A stretch of 64,000 nucleotides of DNA from Spirogloea muscicola. Taxonomy: Eukaryota. Location of the stretch: the NCBI GenBank assembly GCA_009602725.1, contig WELB01000025.1, forward strand, positions 994,678-1,058,677, read 5' to 3'. Positions 48,435-60,625 of the stretch are shown here, piece after piece (position 1 is the first letter of the stretch; each line of letters begins with the position of its first letter). A program made the position numbers and the translations under genes. Under the pieces are notes generated by a model. That model had not been told where the DNA came from. It ran no database searches and was given only the letters and a program-made list of their open reading frames with translations.

Positions 48435-51310
48435 AAGAAAGCGCGGCCAGATTGACTGTGGCTGGGAAAGGCCAGCCCAAAGGAATGGACAAGGTCCGAA
48501 GGAGCCGGAGTGCGAAGGACTAGGACTAAGACATCAGCCAGGAGACGCTCAGTAACTTCTAGTAAGGAGATGCAAGTCGGAGTAGCTAGCCGGCGGAGAG
48601 ACGTCGCCTTGACAGAAGCCGGAGGCCGCCGCCAAAAGCTCGGCCTGCGCGCAAGTGAACCGCGAATGCAAGGGCCTGCCAGGTCCGGGTGCGCCGCGAG
48701 CAGCTCCTGGTGGGCTGAGCGAAGCAACACCTGGAACGGCAGCGCACCCATGTCGACCTCCACCATCGCCTGCTCCAGTGCACGCCGGCCGTGGACCATG
48801 AAGCGCTGGGCCACGGAGCGGCAGCCTGCGCCCAGCTGCCGAGGTATGCAGCCCGGCAACAATGGGCGAGCGGGCGCAGGCCGAGACCACCGTGGCTGAG
48901 GGGTAGCGCCGCCTGGTGGATAGCGGCTGGCGACTGGAGGAAGCCCTGGTGGCGGACCAGGGCTGCCAAGCTCGCCACCATGCCTGCATGAAGTACTGGG
49001 GCTGCTGCCCAATGGCCTTGGTCTAACATGGCCAACGACAGCTGCATACGCCGCCAATGCCCCTGGGGACGGGGGAGTGGCCGGCGTCAAGTACTGGGGC
49101 CGCTGCCCAATGGCCTTGTCAACATGGCCAATGACAGCTGCATATCGTCCAGCTCGGGAAGCCGGGCCGCAGGCTGAAGATGCTCCGCAAGGTGGGCTCG
49201 CAGCTGCCCCTCCACGAAGGACGGCGCGCCGATGGGGACCCCCCAGCAGGGTGAAGCCATCTGCTGGAGTCTGGCAGCCGGTGGGCAGCGTCAGGGTGGG
49301 TGGGAGGCCGCAGGGAGACCAAGCTGCGCACTTCGACGCCCCGGTGGACTGGCTGAGGGTGGCCAGCTGCAGCTCAAAGGTGACAAAGGCCGCCGCCACG
49401 TCTTCCGGAGGGCCGACTATGGTGGTGTCGTCCGCGAAGGTGGGGAGTAGGACTCCTGGGTGTGCCACCGCGGTATCCTGCAGAGCCCGGTGGTGAGCAA
49501 GCGCAAAGTAGAAGCCGGCGAGGGGGTCCCCTTGCCGCGTGCCCGCTTGGGACTGCAGGACCTCCACTTGATCACCCCCTGTCCGCTAGAGGAGGTCGCT
49601 GGGCTGACCGTACCCCAAGCGGAAAAAGGGTACCAGGGAGGGGAAGGATGCCCGGAGCTCCTCCGCAATACTGGCGCGCTCCACAGTGTTGAAGGCATTC
49701 TTCACGTCAACAGCCAGCACCAGCCACCCCGGGTGCTGGTCCAAAGTCGCACGAACCCCATGGACGACGGCCTCGCCCCCACTCCGCAGCCCCGCGCCGT
49801 ACAGGTGTGACGCCATGTGCACCTGCGCCGGCCCCACATGCTGCTGCCAAAGTACGCGATTCACCAGGCGGTACAGGACCTCCCCATGGGCAATGGGCCT
49901 GACTCCCCCTCTCGGCTTGTCGTGGGCGAGCAGCGTGCTGGTGCACAGTACGCCGCGGATGCTGGCCGGCACATTGTCTTGGGCCATATGCTGGTAGATC
50001 TGCAGCAGCGCGTTGAAGTCTGCCGCCTCACCCTCGAGGAAGATCTCCTGCAGGTGCTCAGTTAGCATGCGGGAGGGGCCGCCGGCGGCTGCGCGATGGC
50101 TGGTCTGGAGAGCCTTCTTGAGGGCGTCGGCTTCCAAGACCACATCTCCGGTGGGGTGAACGCGGCCAACCACGGTGGCAGGGGGGAGCTGGCCGGGGGG
50201 TGGAGGGAGTCCAGAGCCGCCCTGGTTGCCGCATTGGTTGGCGCCAGCATCGCATCGTCCAGGGCCTGCACAGCCCGGGAGACCTCACCCGCGTGGCCGT
50301 AGCGAAGAGCCCTGCGGACGCTGGCGGCTCGGTCGTGTGTTGCCCCTCGGCCACCACGATTGGCCGCGGACGCCGCCACGGTGCGTCGTGCCTCGCCAGG
50401 AGCTCCTCCCAGTGCCCGCTCTCAAACAACTGGACGCGTTCCAAGAGGGGCTGCTGGCCCTGCTTGCGGCTGTCGGGAGAGACCTGCCCGAGCAACAGCC
50501 GTGGGAAGAGGATGGACAACTTCCACGCCGCCTCGTCCCTGTGGTCCGCGACGATCCGCTGCGTCACCGGGTGGAGCGCACGGCGGAGGTGTGGGCACGC
50601 CCAGCGCAAAATAGAATTGCGGCCAGGTCAAGGCCTGCCAGCCACTGCCAGTGGTGAGGCGTGGGCGGGGACGGTGCGGGAGGCCTGCCTGGTCTGCCCC
50701 GACGACCACCCGCCGCCACTGCGCTCCGCGCCTGCTCCGCACGGTTGCTGTTGCACGTGCGAGTTTCCTGGTGGTTGTACCGGCCTTGAGGATGGGGGAG
50801 CGTGGTCACCTCGTGGGTCCCATCGCATCTCAGGGGTGGAGGCGATAACGCCTGACACTTCTCTCGGGCGGGAGGCGATAGAGTAGTGGCCTCCATGAAA
50901 TGCTCCGTGGTATGCTCCGCCTGAGTAGTTGCCAGGGCCGTGACGATGGGGCTGCAACCCGCGATGGCCGCTGCGGGCGGAGTGCCGGTGGGGCTGGCAT
51001 GCCCCTTGCAGTGTCGCCGATGCACGGAGACCCCATGGGGAGGTGCGAAGTCCCGCGGGCGGGTGGGGCACGGCGCGCGCGGGGGCTTCGCAGGCGAGGG
51101 TGGCGACGCGGAAGAAGGGGGGGCTGCGGCGGAGGTGGCGTGGTGGCGGCATGGAAGGCGGCGAGGGCGAGAAACCGCTGCTTCGCCTCACACAGAACCG
51201 CCGCGCACACAGCGCCGCCTTGCCACACACAGAGCCGTCGCGCACACAGCGCCGCTTCGCCTCACACAGAGCCGCCGCGCACACAGCGCCACTTCGCCGC
51301 ACTCAGAGCC
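48435..51310 (-). mobile_element. CRE-like element with intact 5' region and RT, lacking Zn knuckle and RLE, ending in an A2-type 3' end
   Basis: HHWQWLAGLDL, FPRLLLG, GGVRPIAHGEVLYRL, DVKNAFN, GTRQGDPL, FADD, SHGGLGLR; final codons SYSDLHLLTRSY* (48549). Confidence 0.95.
51176..51310 (-). repeat. 37-bp tandem repeat (~3.5 copies) in the putative 5' UTR of the element
   Basis: CACACAGAGCCGCCGCGCACACAGCGCCGCTTCGCCT units start at 51189, 51226, 51263 and 51300. Confidence 0.9.
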
Positions 51311-51339
51311 ACAAGATTGTTTGGGCCTATCCTATCTTC

Positions 51340-51700
51340 TGCCGGGGCCTCCCTTATCTAGCTCGGGCCGCATACCTCTTTCAGCGGCGCTCCAGCTCCC
51401 CAAGTTAGCTTGTCAGATTTGTTTGTGCTCACCCGTGGGTACTAATGTCATCTTAGATACCTTAGATTAGGTCTCCGTATTATGTAGCATTGTTTAGTCT
51501 GCACTCGACTCTGCCTGAACAATGTATTGGCTTGAATTGGCCTCCCTTTCAATTCATGCGCCCCGCGCGCCTTCTCTCTCTTTCAGCCTGCTCAGGCTAA
51601 TGCTTAGCACCAGAAAGCTGGGCGAGCTCTAGATAGTGACCCTAAACCCTAAACTTTAAACCCCAATCATGTATTGACCCGTGGTTACTGAGAGGGTCTT
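51340..51700 (+). mobile_element. Subfamily-D 3' end followed by a subfamily-B 3' fragment containing a telomere-repeat insertion (51640-51664)
   Basis: QVSLSDLFVLTRGY* (51445); HQKAGRAL..CCCTAAACCCTAAAC..VLTRGY* (51691). Confidence 0.8.
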
Positions 51701-51789
51701 ATCTAGGGAGACTCCCATCAGCCTAGCAGAATGAGCAGAGTGGGTGCTTCTACCAACCCACTGATTCACCCTATTTCTATATTCAACAG

Positions 51790-52230
51790 GCACACCACTT
51801 GCTGGCGCTTGTCGGAGAGTTGCTGGCTCGACCTGCTCCAGCAGCTTGCACCGCGTGCTGTAACCTGCGGTCAAGAGCAGCAGAGCGAGCAGCCCGGCTC
51901 CAAAGCTGCCGAGTCGCTCGGTCAGTTGTACAGTATGCGCCTTGCCATCTCTCTGCATCGTTCTCTGGCTGGTGCTGTGCACTTGCGTGCAGGCCGCACC
52001 TTGTCGCTGGCTCCCAGTTTCCACACCGCGGGCAGGTCGCGCCTTGGCAGCTAGCTCTGGGTCTCGACAGGGCCACAATTTGCCGTCCTCTTCTTACTCC
52101 GATATGCTTTTGTAAACCAGAGATTACTGATTGTCCCATTTGCAGAAGTCACAAAAAGTATTTCGGTATTTCTGCAACAACCGGCCCTGTCCAACCTTGT
52201 TGAAGGGATTTGGGCTGACCTCTTACTAAG
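51790..52230 (+). mobile_element. CRE 3' fragment (paralog of 9736-10067)
   Basis: WLDLLQQLA..AAESLGQLYSMRLAISLHRSLAGAVHLRAGR. Confidence 0.8.
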
Positions 52231-52439
52231 AATCTGCCCCTACACACAGTGTTACTGGTGTGTTGTCCTTGTGAGTTCAGCTGTAGAGGACTCAAGGATT
52301 ACGCGAACGGTGCGGGTAACGCAACACTTACAGGCATCCCTTACTTCAGAAGAGCCCTCTTTTATTCCACGAGGGGGTGAGCCCAAAAATCACTTAATAA
52401 GCAGCTTTTGAAAGGTGAAGCTTTCGAAGTGAAAGATGT

Positions 52440-55400
52440 TCCCCAAGTACTCCCGAAGGGGGGCAATGGCTGTGAAAAGGCCAGACCTTTAGTAATGAAG
52501 GACAGAGCACTTCGAACATTTACTGGGACCGTGGATGTCGGTGTTACAGGTTCAGTGGTGAGGCGACGCCTGATCCAACGACCCATGGAGCACTAGGAAA
52601 TCCTCAACTTATTCAAAGAAGAGTGTCATGCATATCCCGTTGATGGCTAATGTGTCGTTGGCAGAATAAACAGCTTCTCAAAGCACGGCAATAGCGGTTG
52701 GACTCAGAAAGCTGACCTGGCTTGATAAGTGGATTACTCAGGCCGTGCTTAACGAGCCGGGGATGGGGGACTTCTTCCAGATCAGAGAACGAGAGCCACG
52801 TCATCAATACGCGATCATGGAATAACGACAAGCACCAAAGCATGACATACAATTGCATTCATGGCTTTGATACTCTGAATTGTCTCACTGTAGGGTGGCG
52901 CTTGATGCTTTCAAAGACGGCTTGCCCGGGCCACCTGGGCTGCCACGTCGTAAACTCGGGTGCAGTTGATTCAGCCATACACGTGCTGGTATATACGAGG
53001 ACGCTGGCTCAGAGGACATATCTGGGCGGGCCCCTTGGCCCCTTCGAAGTTTCTGTGGCCCCAACGTACTTTGTTATTCTTTTCTCTGGGCTGGCCTCTC
53101 ACAGTCATCGCCCTCTACTGGAAGCGTCTTTCTCCTTGGGCCGAACTCTTCGAGCAGGCCCCTCGGGCTGTCCACGCCCTCGGGCCACCGCTCTCTGTGT
53201 GTGAGCAGATCCCGTCGTCGTCTATATAGAGGACAATGAGCCGGTGCGCACTCACTACCAATAGGGACCACCCATGCCAACTTCCTTGGTTACCTGCCAG
53301 CCTGCTTCTTTGGAGTCTGCCAGCACCATGATGGGCAGAAAGCGAGGAAGGAGCGCGGCAACCCGTCAGAAGAGAGCCGCTTCTGCATCGCCAAGCCCAG
53401 CTCGGTGATGGTGATACTTCTCTACCTGAACTCTTATATTGCTCTGAGCGAGCAGAAATAGTCAGTCCACAGCGGTCGCCGCCAGTCGCGTTCCAGCGTT
53501 CCGGCACCTTGCCGTCTCGCGCCACTACTCTGAGTTGCGCTGTGTCCAGCTCGAGGAAGCAGCCAACTTCCCCCGGTCGTCATCCTGGTGAGGCACTTCT
53601 CTCCGTTGCCTCCGTACTGTGACAAGCCTTTTCCTGCTACATTGACATTCTATGACCGCCTGGAGAAGTTTCCGGTCTCCAGGCATCTGTCAAGCCTTTC
53701 TCACGGGAGTGACAGTCCACTATGTGAATAACATTACAATCCGCTTAAACAATTCGTCTCACATCCAATAAGTCTGTGTGCAACCACAAGGCAATGTGCA
53801 AACATCGATTCCTACTATCCTTGCAGAATGATCTTCTTATAGTCGAGGGCAATGCATCTACTGCTTGCATATTTGCTCTTACATGTATGCTTGCATTCAC
53901 ACGAACCAAGATAAGCTGCGGGCTTGTTCAAAAAGTAAGCTTGGCCCGGCGGTCCAATGACTTCTCTTCATGGAGTCTCGTTAATGAGTTCTTGTCCACC
54001 ACATTTGACGAACTATCGCCACTTGCCTATCTGAAGTGGGTCGTTTGGCCAGTTCGCATCACTTTACTTGCACAGCAGAATCAAGTGAGCAAGGTCGTGT
54101 CAAGTAGGTTGTGGACCCTCGCTTGTGCTCCCAGGAAGCTTCAGCTTCAGCAGAGTACTCAATAATAGTCCTTGACTAGGACATTCGTTTGATCACTTAC
54201 TGTCCGTTGTCACTGTGATTTTAGTTGTCATTATTGGCCTCACATCAGACTGCCTATCCCGCAGAAAAGCAAACCGAATCTACTGCGAAAGAAAGGCAGC
54301 GCAAGAGTAGAGAATTGCCTTTTGAAGTATGTAACAAGTACACATGTGGCAAAATGCTCTGTCAATCCGTGTTTTAGTCGTACTTCACGATTAGATGACT
54401 CAGCCCCGGCCCTGCGCTCCCTGTAACCTCGATGAGGTGAATATTCACATTGTGTGTTGGGGCAGGCCGTCTGGCCTTTTGGCTCCCCACGTCCCCATGG
54501 CCAGTGTCGCCCAGGAACTGCATTTCTACCAATATCCATACCCCACATGATGGCCGACCGATTTTTGCCATGGCGAATATGAGTCAAAACTTGCGTCCTC
54601 ACTGCGCACATGGGACCTCCGATTTGCTTCAAGGGCCTCTCCTGAAGTGCCGCGTGCACCACGGTGGGTTGATGCGCCGATGCTTTTTCTGGCACAGCAA
54701 ATGCAGTATTCTCCCTACCGACACTGAGCTGAAGGTACCGTGCTCGCAACTCCCTTTACATCAGACCCACCCATTAGTCCACCTTATACATCTACCTGTG
54801 CAGCCACCTCAGCATCCTTGTCAGATTGTATGAGCCACCGGCGCAACATCGCACGAAAAGTGGCTTGCTGGAGCACAAGGCCAGACCCTTCAGTAGAGAT
54901 TTAGACAAGCCACTGTTCTTCGCTATGCTGTGATGACATGTGTGACAACACTGATCAAGCGTTGGATCTCAAGAAGGTCCAACACAATAGGACGAACGGC
55001 AATAGTGTCGTTGACACTCTGCACATCTGCTACTCGTCTGCTTCGTGACACATGAACTTCTCTCAGCCACTTTATAGGAGCTTGAATAGCGGGCGCTGTG
55101 ACGCTAATTCAAACGTATTGGAGGCGCAGGAGAGTATTTCTGTGTTTGCATTACATTGGTCAATTCGTACTACTGTGGGGAGTTGAAACTGTTCAATCTG
55201 AGCAAGCAAGTCATGGAGGTCCTTATTCACGTCTTGCAGATACTGTCTAGCTTCAGGACGCTGGTAGTCCACGCGGCTTGAAGTTGCCCTGACCAACTTC
55301 AGCTAGAAGGTCCTTGGCATGCCGTTGGGAGGCCAAGCCAGAATGTGAAGCTAGTAAAGCAAAGGAACAAGCACCTCAGCGACTTGTCTACCACTGAGAC

Positions 55401-56860
55401 CATTCCTTGGTTTAGGAATGGCTTAAAAGACAGTCCCACAGGCATTCTTCATCAACCAACAGACGACATCCTTAGCAGCCAGAATCTGCTGGAAATAGCC
55501 AAATCTGCTATCTACACATTACTCAGCCAGCTCTGAAGTTCCTTCCATGAATGCAGGAGGTTGTCTAAGTAAAAGACATGGTACCCTCCTTCGTCATCCG
55601 CGGGCGGATTGTCCGCGACATCCATTACTGCAGGTGGTGCCTTCTGCACAACCCACTGAGCTCAATCCCAGAGCCAACGGTCCAAGACTTCTGAATGCTT
55701 AGGATGGCCAGAAATGCACTTGGTAGATACAGTCGACTGATTGGAGCACTAAGCGTCTACCTAGACTTGACTGATCGCAGGCTCACCTGGAAAAAGTTGC
55801 ATATGTAAGAGACGGTCCGCTTTTCGAGGGCTGGTATCGATCCTACGAAGGCAGAGAGGTGCATCCCAGTGGCCCCAACAACTTGGGCGGTCTCCCTTCC
55901 CAATGCAGTAGCTTTCGCAGCCTACAAAATAGACAGAGGCGCCCGATTGCATCAGCGACATTCGACTGCAGGCAATCAACGCTGGAGCGACCCTCTGCAG
56001 TTGACTAGCAATTGCCTGCTGAAAGAGAGTGCGCCTTGCCTTTCATCATTCTGAGGCATCCATCCAAGCATATCAGGGAAAAGAGATGATCACACTCAAA
56101 GATTGACAACTTGGAAACCCATAGCCAGCTGACTGGCATTGAAGCATTTTGATGCCCAGAAGTGCTCACGTGATTCGCATTCTGGCTGAATGCAACTCAC
56201 CACGCAGGTCAAGATGACCATGAACTCCTGGACGCCGTCGTTTCTGTGCACCATTGGTGAGTTGGCCATGACGGTAGTGCTGCAAAACGACGCGGGGCGA
56301 GCTCGGGCGCGGAGCCAGCCGCGGAGCTCGCACCAGGGGCCTGCATTGTGAACGTGCAGGCATGGTAGCCAGAGGCGTGCCCGTCTACCGGCTTATGTGG
56401 CTCGGAGTAGACGCTGGCGAGTAGTGACCCGGCTTCGTTGCCGGGTCACTACGCGCCGGAGGGGATCCGCGAGCCGGGAGTGGCGCGCCGCCGGGCAGCG
56501 GCTGCAGGCGGGGGGCGCCACCAAGCGGGCGGGAGCAGCACTCGAGATTGGGAAAGGGGGAAAGGAAGCAGCTCTCCACCGCAAGAGAGAAGGCGCGCGG
56601 GGCGCATGAAAGGAAGGCAGTGGGCTGAGAGGGCCAGCCCAAAAAGGGGGAGCGGAGCGGGCGCGCACGCGCGGAGGTGTCGGAGCTTGTTGGAGTAAAG
56701 CCTCGCCGACCCATCCCCCTCCACTTCAACCCGCGGCAGCGGCGGGCCTCCCCTCTCTCCTCCTGCCGCGTGTAAAGTCAAAAGTCCCACGGCTTCTACG
56801 GGCGGGGCGCCCGCCCACTCCGGCTCCACAACGTTCGCTCCGACCCTCTTACAGCTCGCC
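52440..56860 (-). mobile_element. Ancient element X, apparently a full-length decayed CRE-like copy
   Basis: AVRPIVLDLLEIQRLI (cf. GVRPIAIGEVLYRLV), DVKGVASTV, terminal CTGGCCTTTTCACAGCC module at ~52470; GC-rich 5' end; many stops. Confidence 0.55.
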
Positions 56861-57349
56861 ACGTGTTCCGGAAGGGGCCTCGCGGAAGTAGCAGCCGGCG
56901 CGGCGACGGCGACGGTGAGGGGGGGGCCCTCCCTCCCCTCCCGGCGTTAAGGGAATGATTTCCCCGCATCGCTTCCCCGCCCTTCCCCCCCCTCTCTCCC
57001 GCCCGCCCGTCCGTGCGCCACCGCCGGCCGCCGACAGAGCCAGCCGGCGGCCGTCTCCGGGACCGCCATGTGGTGCACGCGCGAGGGCTACCGTCAGGAC
57101 GCGCGAGTGGCTCTTTCCGCCCAAGCTTCAGCGAGGGGGCCTCCTCGCGACGGTGGCTGCCTTCGGCACCGCTCCCAATCCTCACTGGGCGATCACTGTC
57201 TTCTTCGGCACCTCTCTTTTGGGGCGGCCGTCCCTCCCTCCCCCTTTCGCGCGGCCGCGGCTTCGCCCACCTCCCTTCCTTCACAAGCCCGTGGTACACA
57301 TCTTATGCTTGCCTGGGAACAGAAGTGACTTCTCCAAAGGAGCCGGGGG

Positions 57350-60070
57350 CTGCGTACGAAAGAAATGGCTCTCCTGAAGGGGGCAAGGGCTGTGAACAGC
57401 CAGCCCAACAATGAATGACAAAGTCAAAAGGGGCCGAACAGCGTGCTATTCCAGAGCTTTCCCGGTAGTATAGTCACTTTTAAGCTCTAGGGAGCAGCCG
57501 CAAGTCAGGGAGACAAGCCGCCGGAAGCAATCCCCTCGACGAAAGCCAGAGGCTGCAGCTAGAGCACGGGCAGCACCCAGATGCAAGGCGTGGGCCATGG
57601 ACAATGTGAATGGCCAGCCCAGAGAGAACGAACAAGTAGGTATGGCCCTCATGGCCACCCCCATCACTCCTCACTCAGTGCAAGCTTTTCACCTCACCCT
57701 CAGCCCGCGCCCTCCCTCCAGTCCCTCCCTCCCTGCGCGGCACCCGTCGGCGGAGCAGCGCCCCTCCCGCCGCCGCGCAGGCCGGCCCCCTCGCGCTCGC
57801 CTATCACGGGCAGCCCGAGATCCGCGGCCACGTGATTTTTGTCACGAGTGGCTGGGTGGTTCGCGCTTGCCAACCGCTGTGGAGCCTGTTGGCTCCTTCA
57901 GACCTTGTCCAGTCCTATGGCCTGGCCTGGCCTTTCTTTGGCTCATGCGGTCCACGCGCGGGCTGGCCGTGCTATGGCTGCTGCTTCCGGGTCTCGGCAA
58001 AGGGCCGCTTCTCCTGCTCCGAGTTACTCTGATCCGCTGTTGCTCACACGTGGATACTGAGCAGCCATCTGCATCTCCCTCTGCACCATCTTGCACTTTG
58101 TAGTGTAGTCCTTTTTCAGCACCTCTTTCTTTGGCTTTGAACATTGTCCATTCTTTTTGGGTTGGCTTTGCCAGCCCCTCTTCTCAATGGGCGAGCACCT
58201 TCTTCTTTCCAAGCCACCAGTCAACCTGGCCGCGCCTTCTTCTTTTGGAGCCTATTCCTTCAGACCTTGTCCAATCTTTGGGCTGGCCTTTCTCAGCCAC
58301 CAGTCAATCTGGCCGCGCTTTCTTCTTTTGGAGGCTGTTTCTTCTGAAGAAACAGCTCTTACAATTCACGGCAATGGCTGTGAGAGGACAGCCCCAAGGA
58401 ACGAATCTTCCATAGATGGGCGATGGCTGTGATGGATAAATCTGAGGGCTGGCTTCTCTCAGCCCTTGCCTTCCTTGCGGCCCTTTCGGACCTTGTTCTC
58501 TGTCGGCCTATTTCTGGGCTGGTCAATCTTAGCCATCGCCCTGGCTTGTCCAGCCCCTATCCTCACTGGGCGAGCCCTTTCTTTCTTATGAAAGAGTCCT
58601 CCTCTCTCTTGGGCTGGCCTCTCGCAACTACTGCCGGTACGTTGCAGAGCCCTCTTTCATGGAATAGCTGCTTCTCTTCTCCCAGCCCTCGCACTCAGTG
58701 AAAGTGCTGCTTCTGTCGGGCTGGCCTTACCACACCCTTCGCCCCTCGGAAAGCGTGAGGCCTCAGCGGCGGGCTTCCTCGAAAAGCCGGCCGCGCTCGA
58801 CTGCCCAATGCCTGTCGGAGATCGTCGCGGGTCGGCGCGCGCGGCTCCCGGCCCCGGGCCGCGGAAGGGAAATATAAAGAAATGGAGGGCCTGTGTGGCC
58901 AAGTACACGGGCGTTAGGCGATCTGCTACTGCGCTTTAGCTAAAAGAGCAGCTGTGTGGTCTTGATTGTAGCGATGTCCAGCCCCCTGCTCAGGCTAGTG
59001 TCTTGCACCAGAAAGCTGGGCGAGCTCTAGTTGGTGGCAGAAGGGCTCCGTTTCTGGCATCTAGTATTCATGCATCGACTAGTGACCTTTCTGTTTTGAC
59101 TCGTGGCTATTGAGCGGGTCAATCTGCTGTAGGTTATGTGAATCTTTAGATGTGCTTGCCTTTGTACTTGGCCATTTGGCCTACATTTGTTTCTAGTACA
59201 CGGAATTACCTCCAGACCTTGTCGTCCTTCTTTACGCTCCTTGCGCTCACTCCTTGCGCTTTCTCTAGCCCCTTGAATTTTTATTCATTCTTATGTAGGG
59301 CTGGCCTCTCCTAGCCACCGCCCTCTCCTCGAAGCGTCCTTTCTTCTCTACGCTAGCCTTTCACAGCTTCTTCTTCCTTCAGCTTTTTCTTCTTTACCCT
59401 GTCTTGCAGAAGCTGCTTCTCCTTTTGAGAAGTAGTTTTGTCCTCTTTGGCGCACAAACTCGAGGGCGACTTTGTGGGCTGGCATTTCCCGCCCTCATGC
59501 CCTTTAGGTGCGGCAACTTCCTCTTACTTAGCTCAGCTGAGTAGCGGTTACTGCGCAGGCAACATTAGTGGCCTCCACGTTTTTCCGACTCGTTTGGCCT
59601 TCCTTTCATTTCTTGCGCACTGCGTGCCTTCTCTCTTTCCTCTGAGTCTTAGTCATGAGCAAAATTGCCCACGGGGGATAAGATACAGTTGTACCGGGAT
59701 GTTCTTGCCAAGCGGGGGCTATGGCTGTGACAGGGCAGCCCAAGTGAAGACGCTTCCAGGAGAGGCGGTGGTTGTGAGAGGCCAGCCCAGAAAGAAGATC
59801 ATCGAGTTCATCCTAAAAGGTATGAACTAGGTCCGAAGGGGCCACTTAGCGCTAAACCACGCAGGTATGCAAGTGGCTGACATGAATGGCTGCATACTTA
59901 TCAGTTGACAGGGGGGTGGCCTCCTTAGGGGGTGCTCCTGCGCCTTGCGGCCCCTTCAGACCTTGTTGAATCCAATTTCCCTTACGAATTTTTCCTGGGC
60001 TGGCGGATCGCAGGCATCGCCCTTTACTAGAATTTACTGGATTGGCTCTCACAGCCTCTGCCTTATGAGC
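57350..60070. repeat. Dense stack of CRE 3' fragments of several subfamilies, both strands
   Basis: SYSDPLLLTRGY* (58060), SDLSVLTRGY* (59113), ALHLGAARALAAASG (-, ~57550), many hairpin modules. Confidence 0.8.
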
Positions 60071-60625
60071 TATTCCTTTCGGTTGCCCTGTCATACGCTG
60101 GGCCCCGTACGCCGCTGAGAACCTAGAAGTCCGCGGAATTCCCAGCTGACTGCACTCCAGGTCGTGGCGCAGCCGCCAGAGCGGAGTGGCGGCGGCGGGC
60201 CACCACCGCCACCGCCAACCACCACCACCCGCCCCCCATCGCCAGTCAGAATGACCCACCTAGAGGCTGTGAAAAACGGGCAAAACAAGGACTGCGCTGC
60301 CTTCCATGCGGGCTGCAAGGAGGGGAGTTGCTGGAGGATTCAGTTTTTGACGAGAGTGCCGCCACAGGACGGAGGCAGCTGAGAAGGCAGTGTGAAAGAG
60401 CTGACCTTCACATCGCCCTTGCGCCGGCTAGGTCCGCGCACCTTTTATTTGTGCCACGGACATGTGGAGCTCGGGTAGCCAAGGGGCAAGCAGACGCCTC
60501 GCTGTTTCCCTTTACTCACACCGTCTTCTCGACTTCTCACGAGGCCTCCACTGAGCGCCTGACCTATTGTGGCTGATGAGCCTTCTCATAGCCTGAGGGT
60601 CCTGAGTACCTAGCACACTCTTCCA

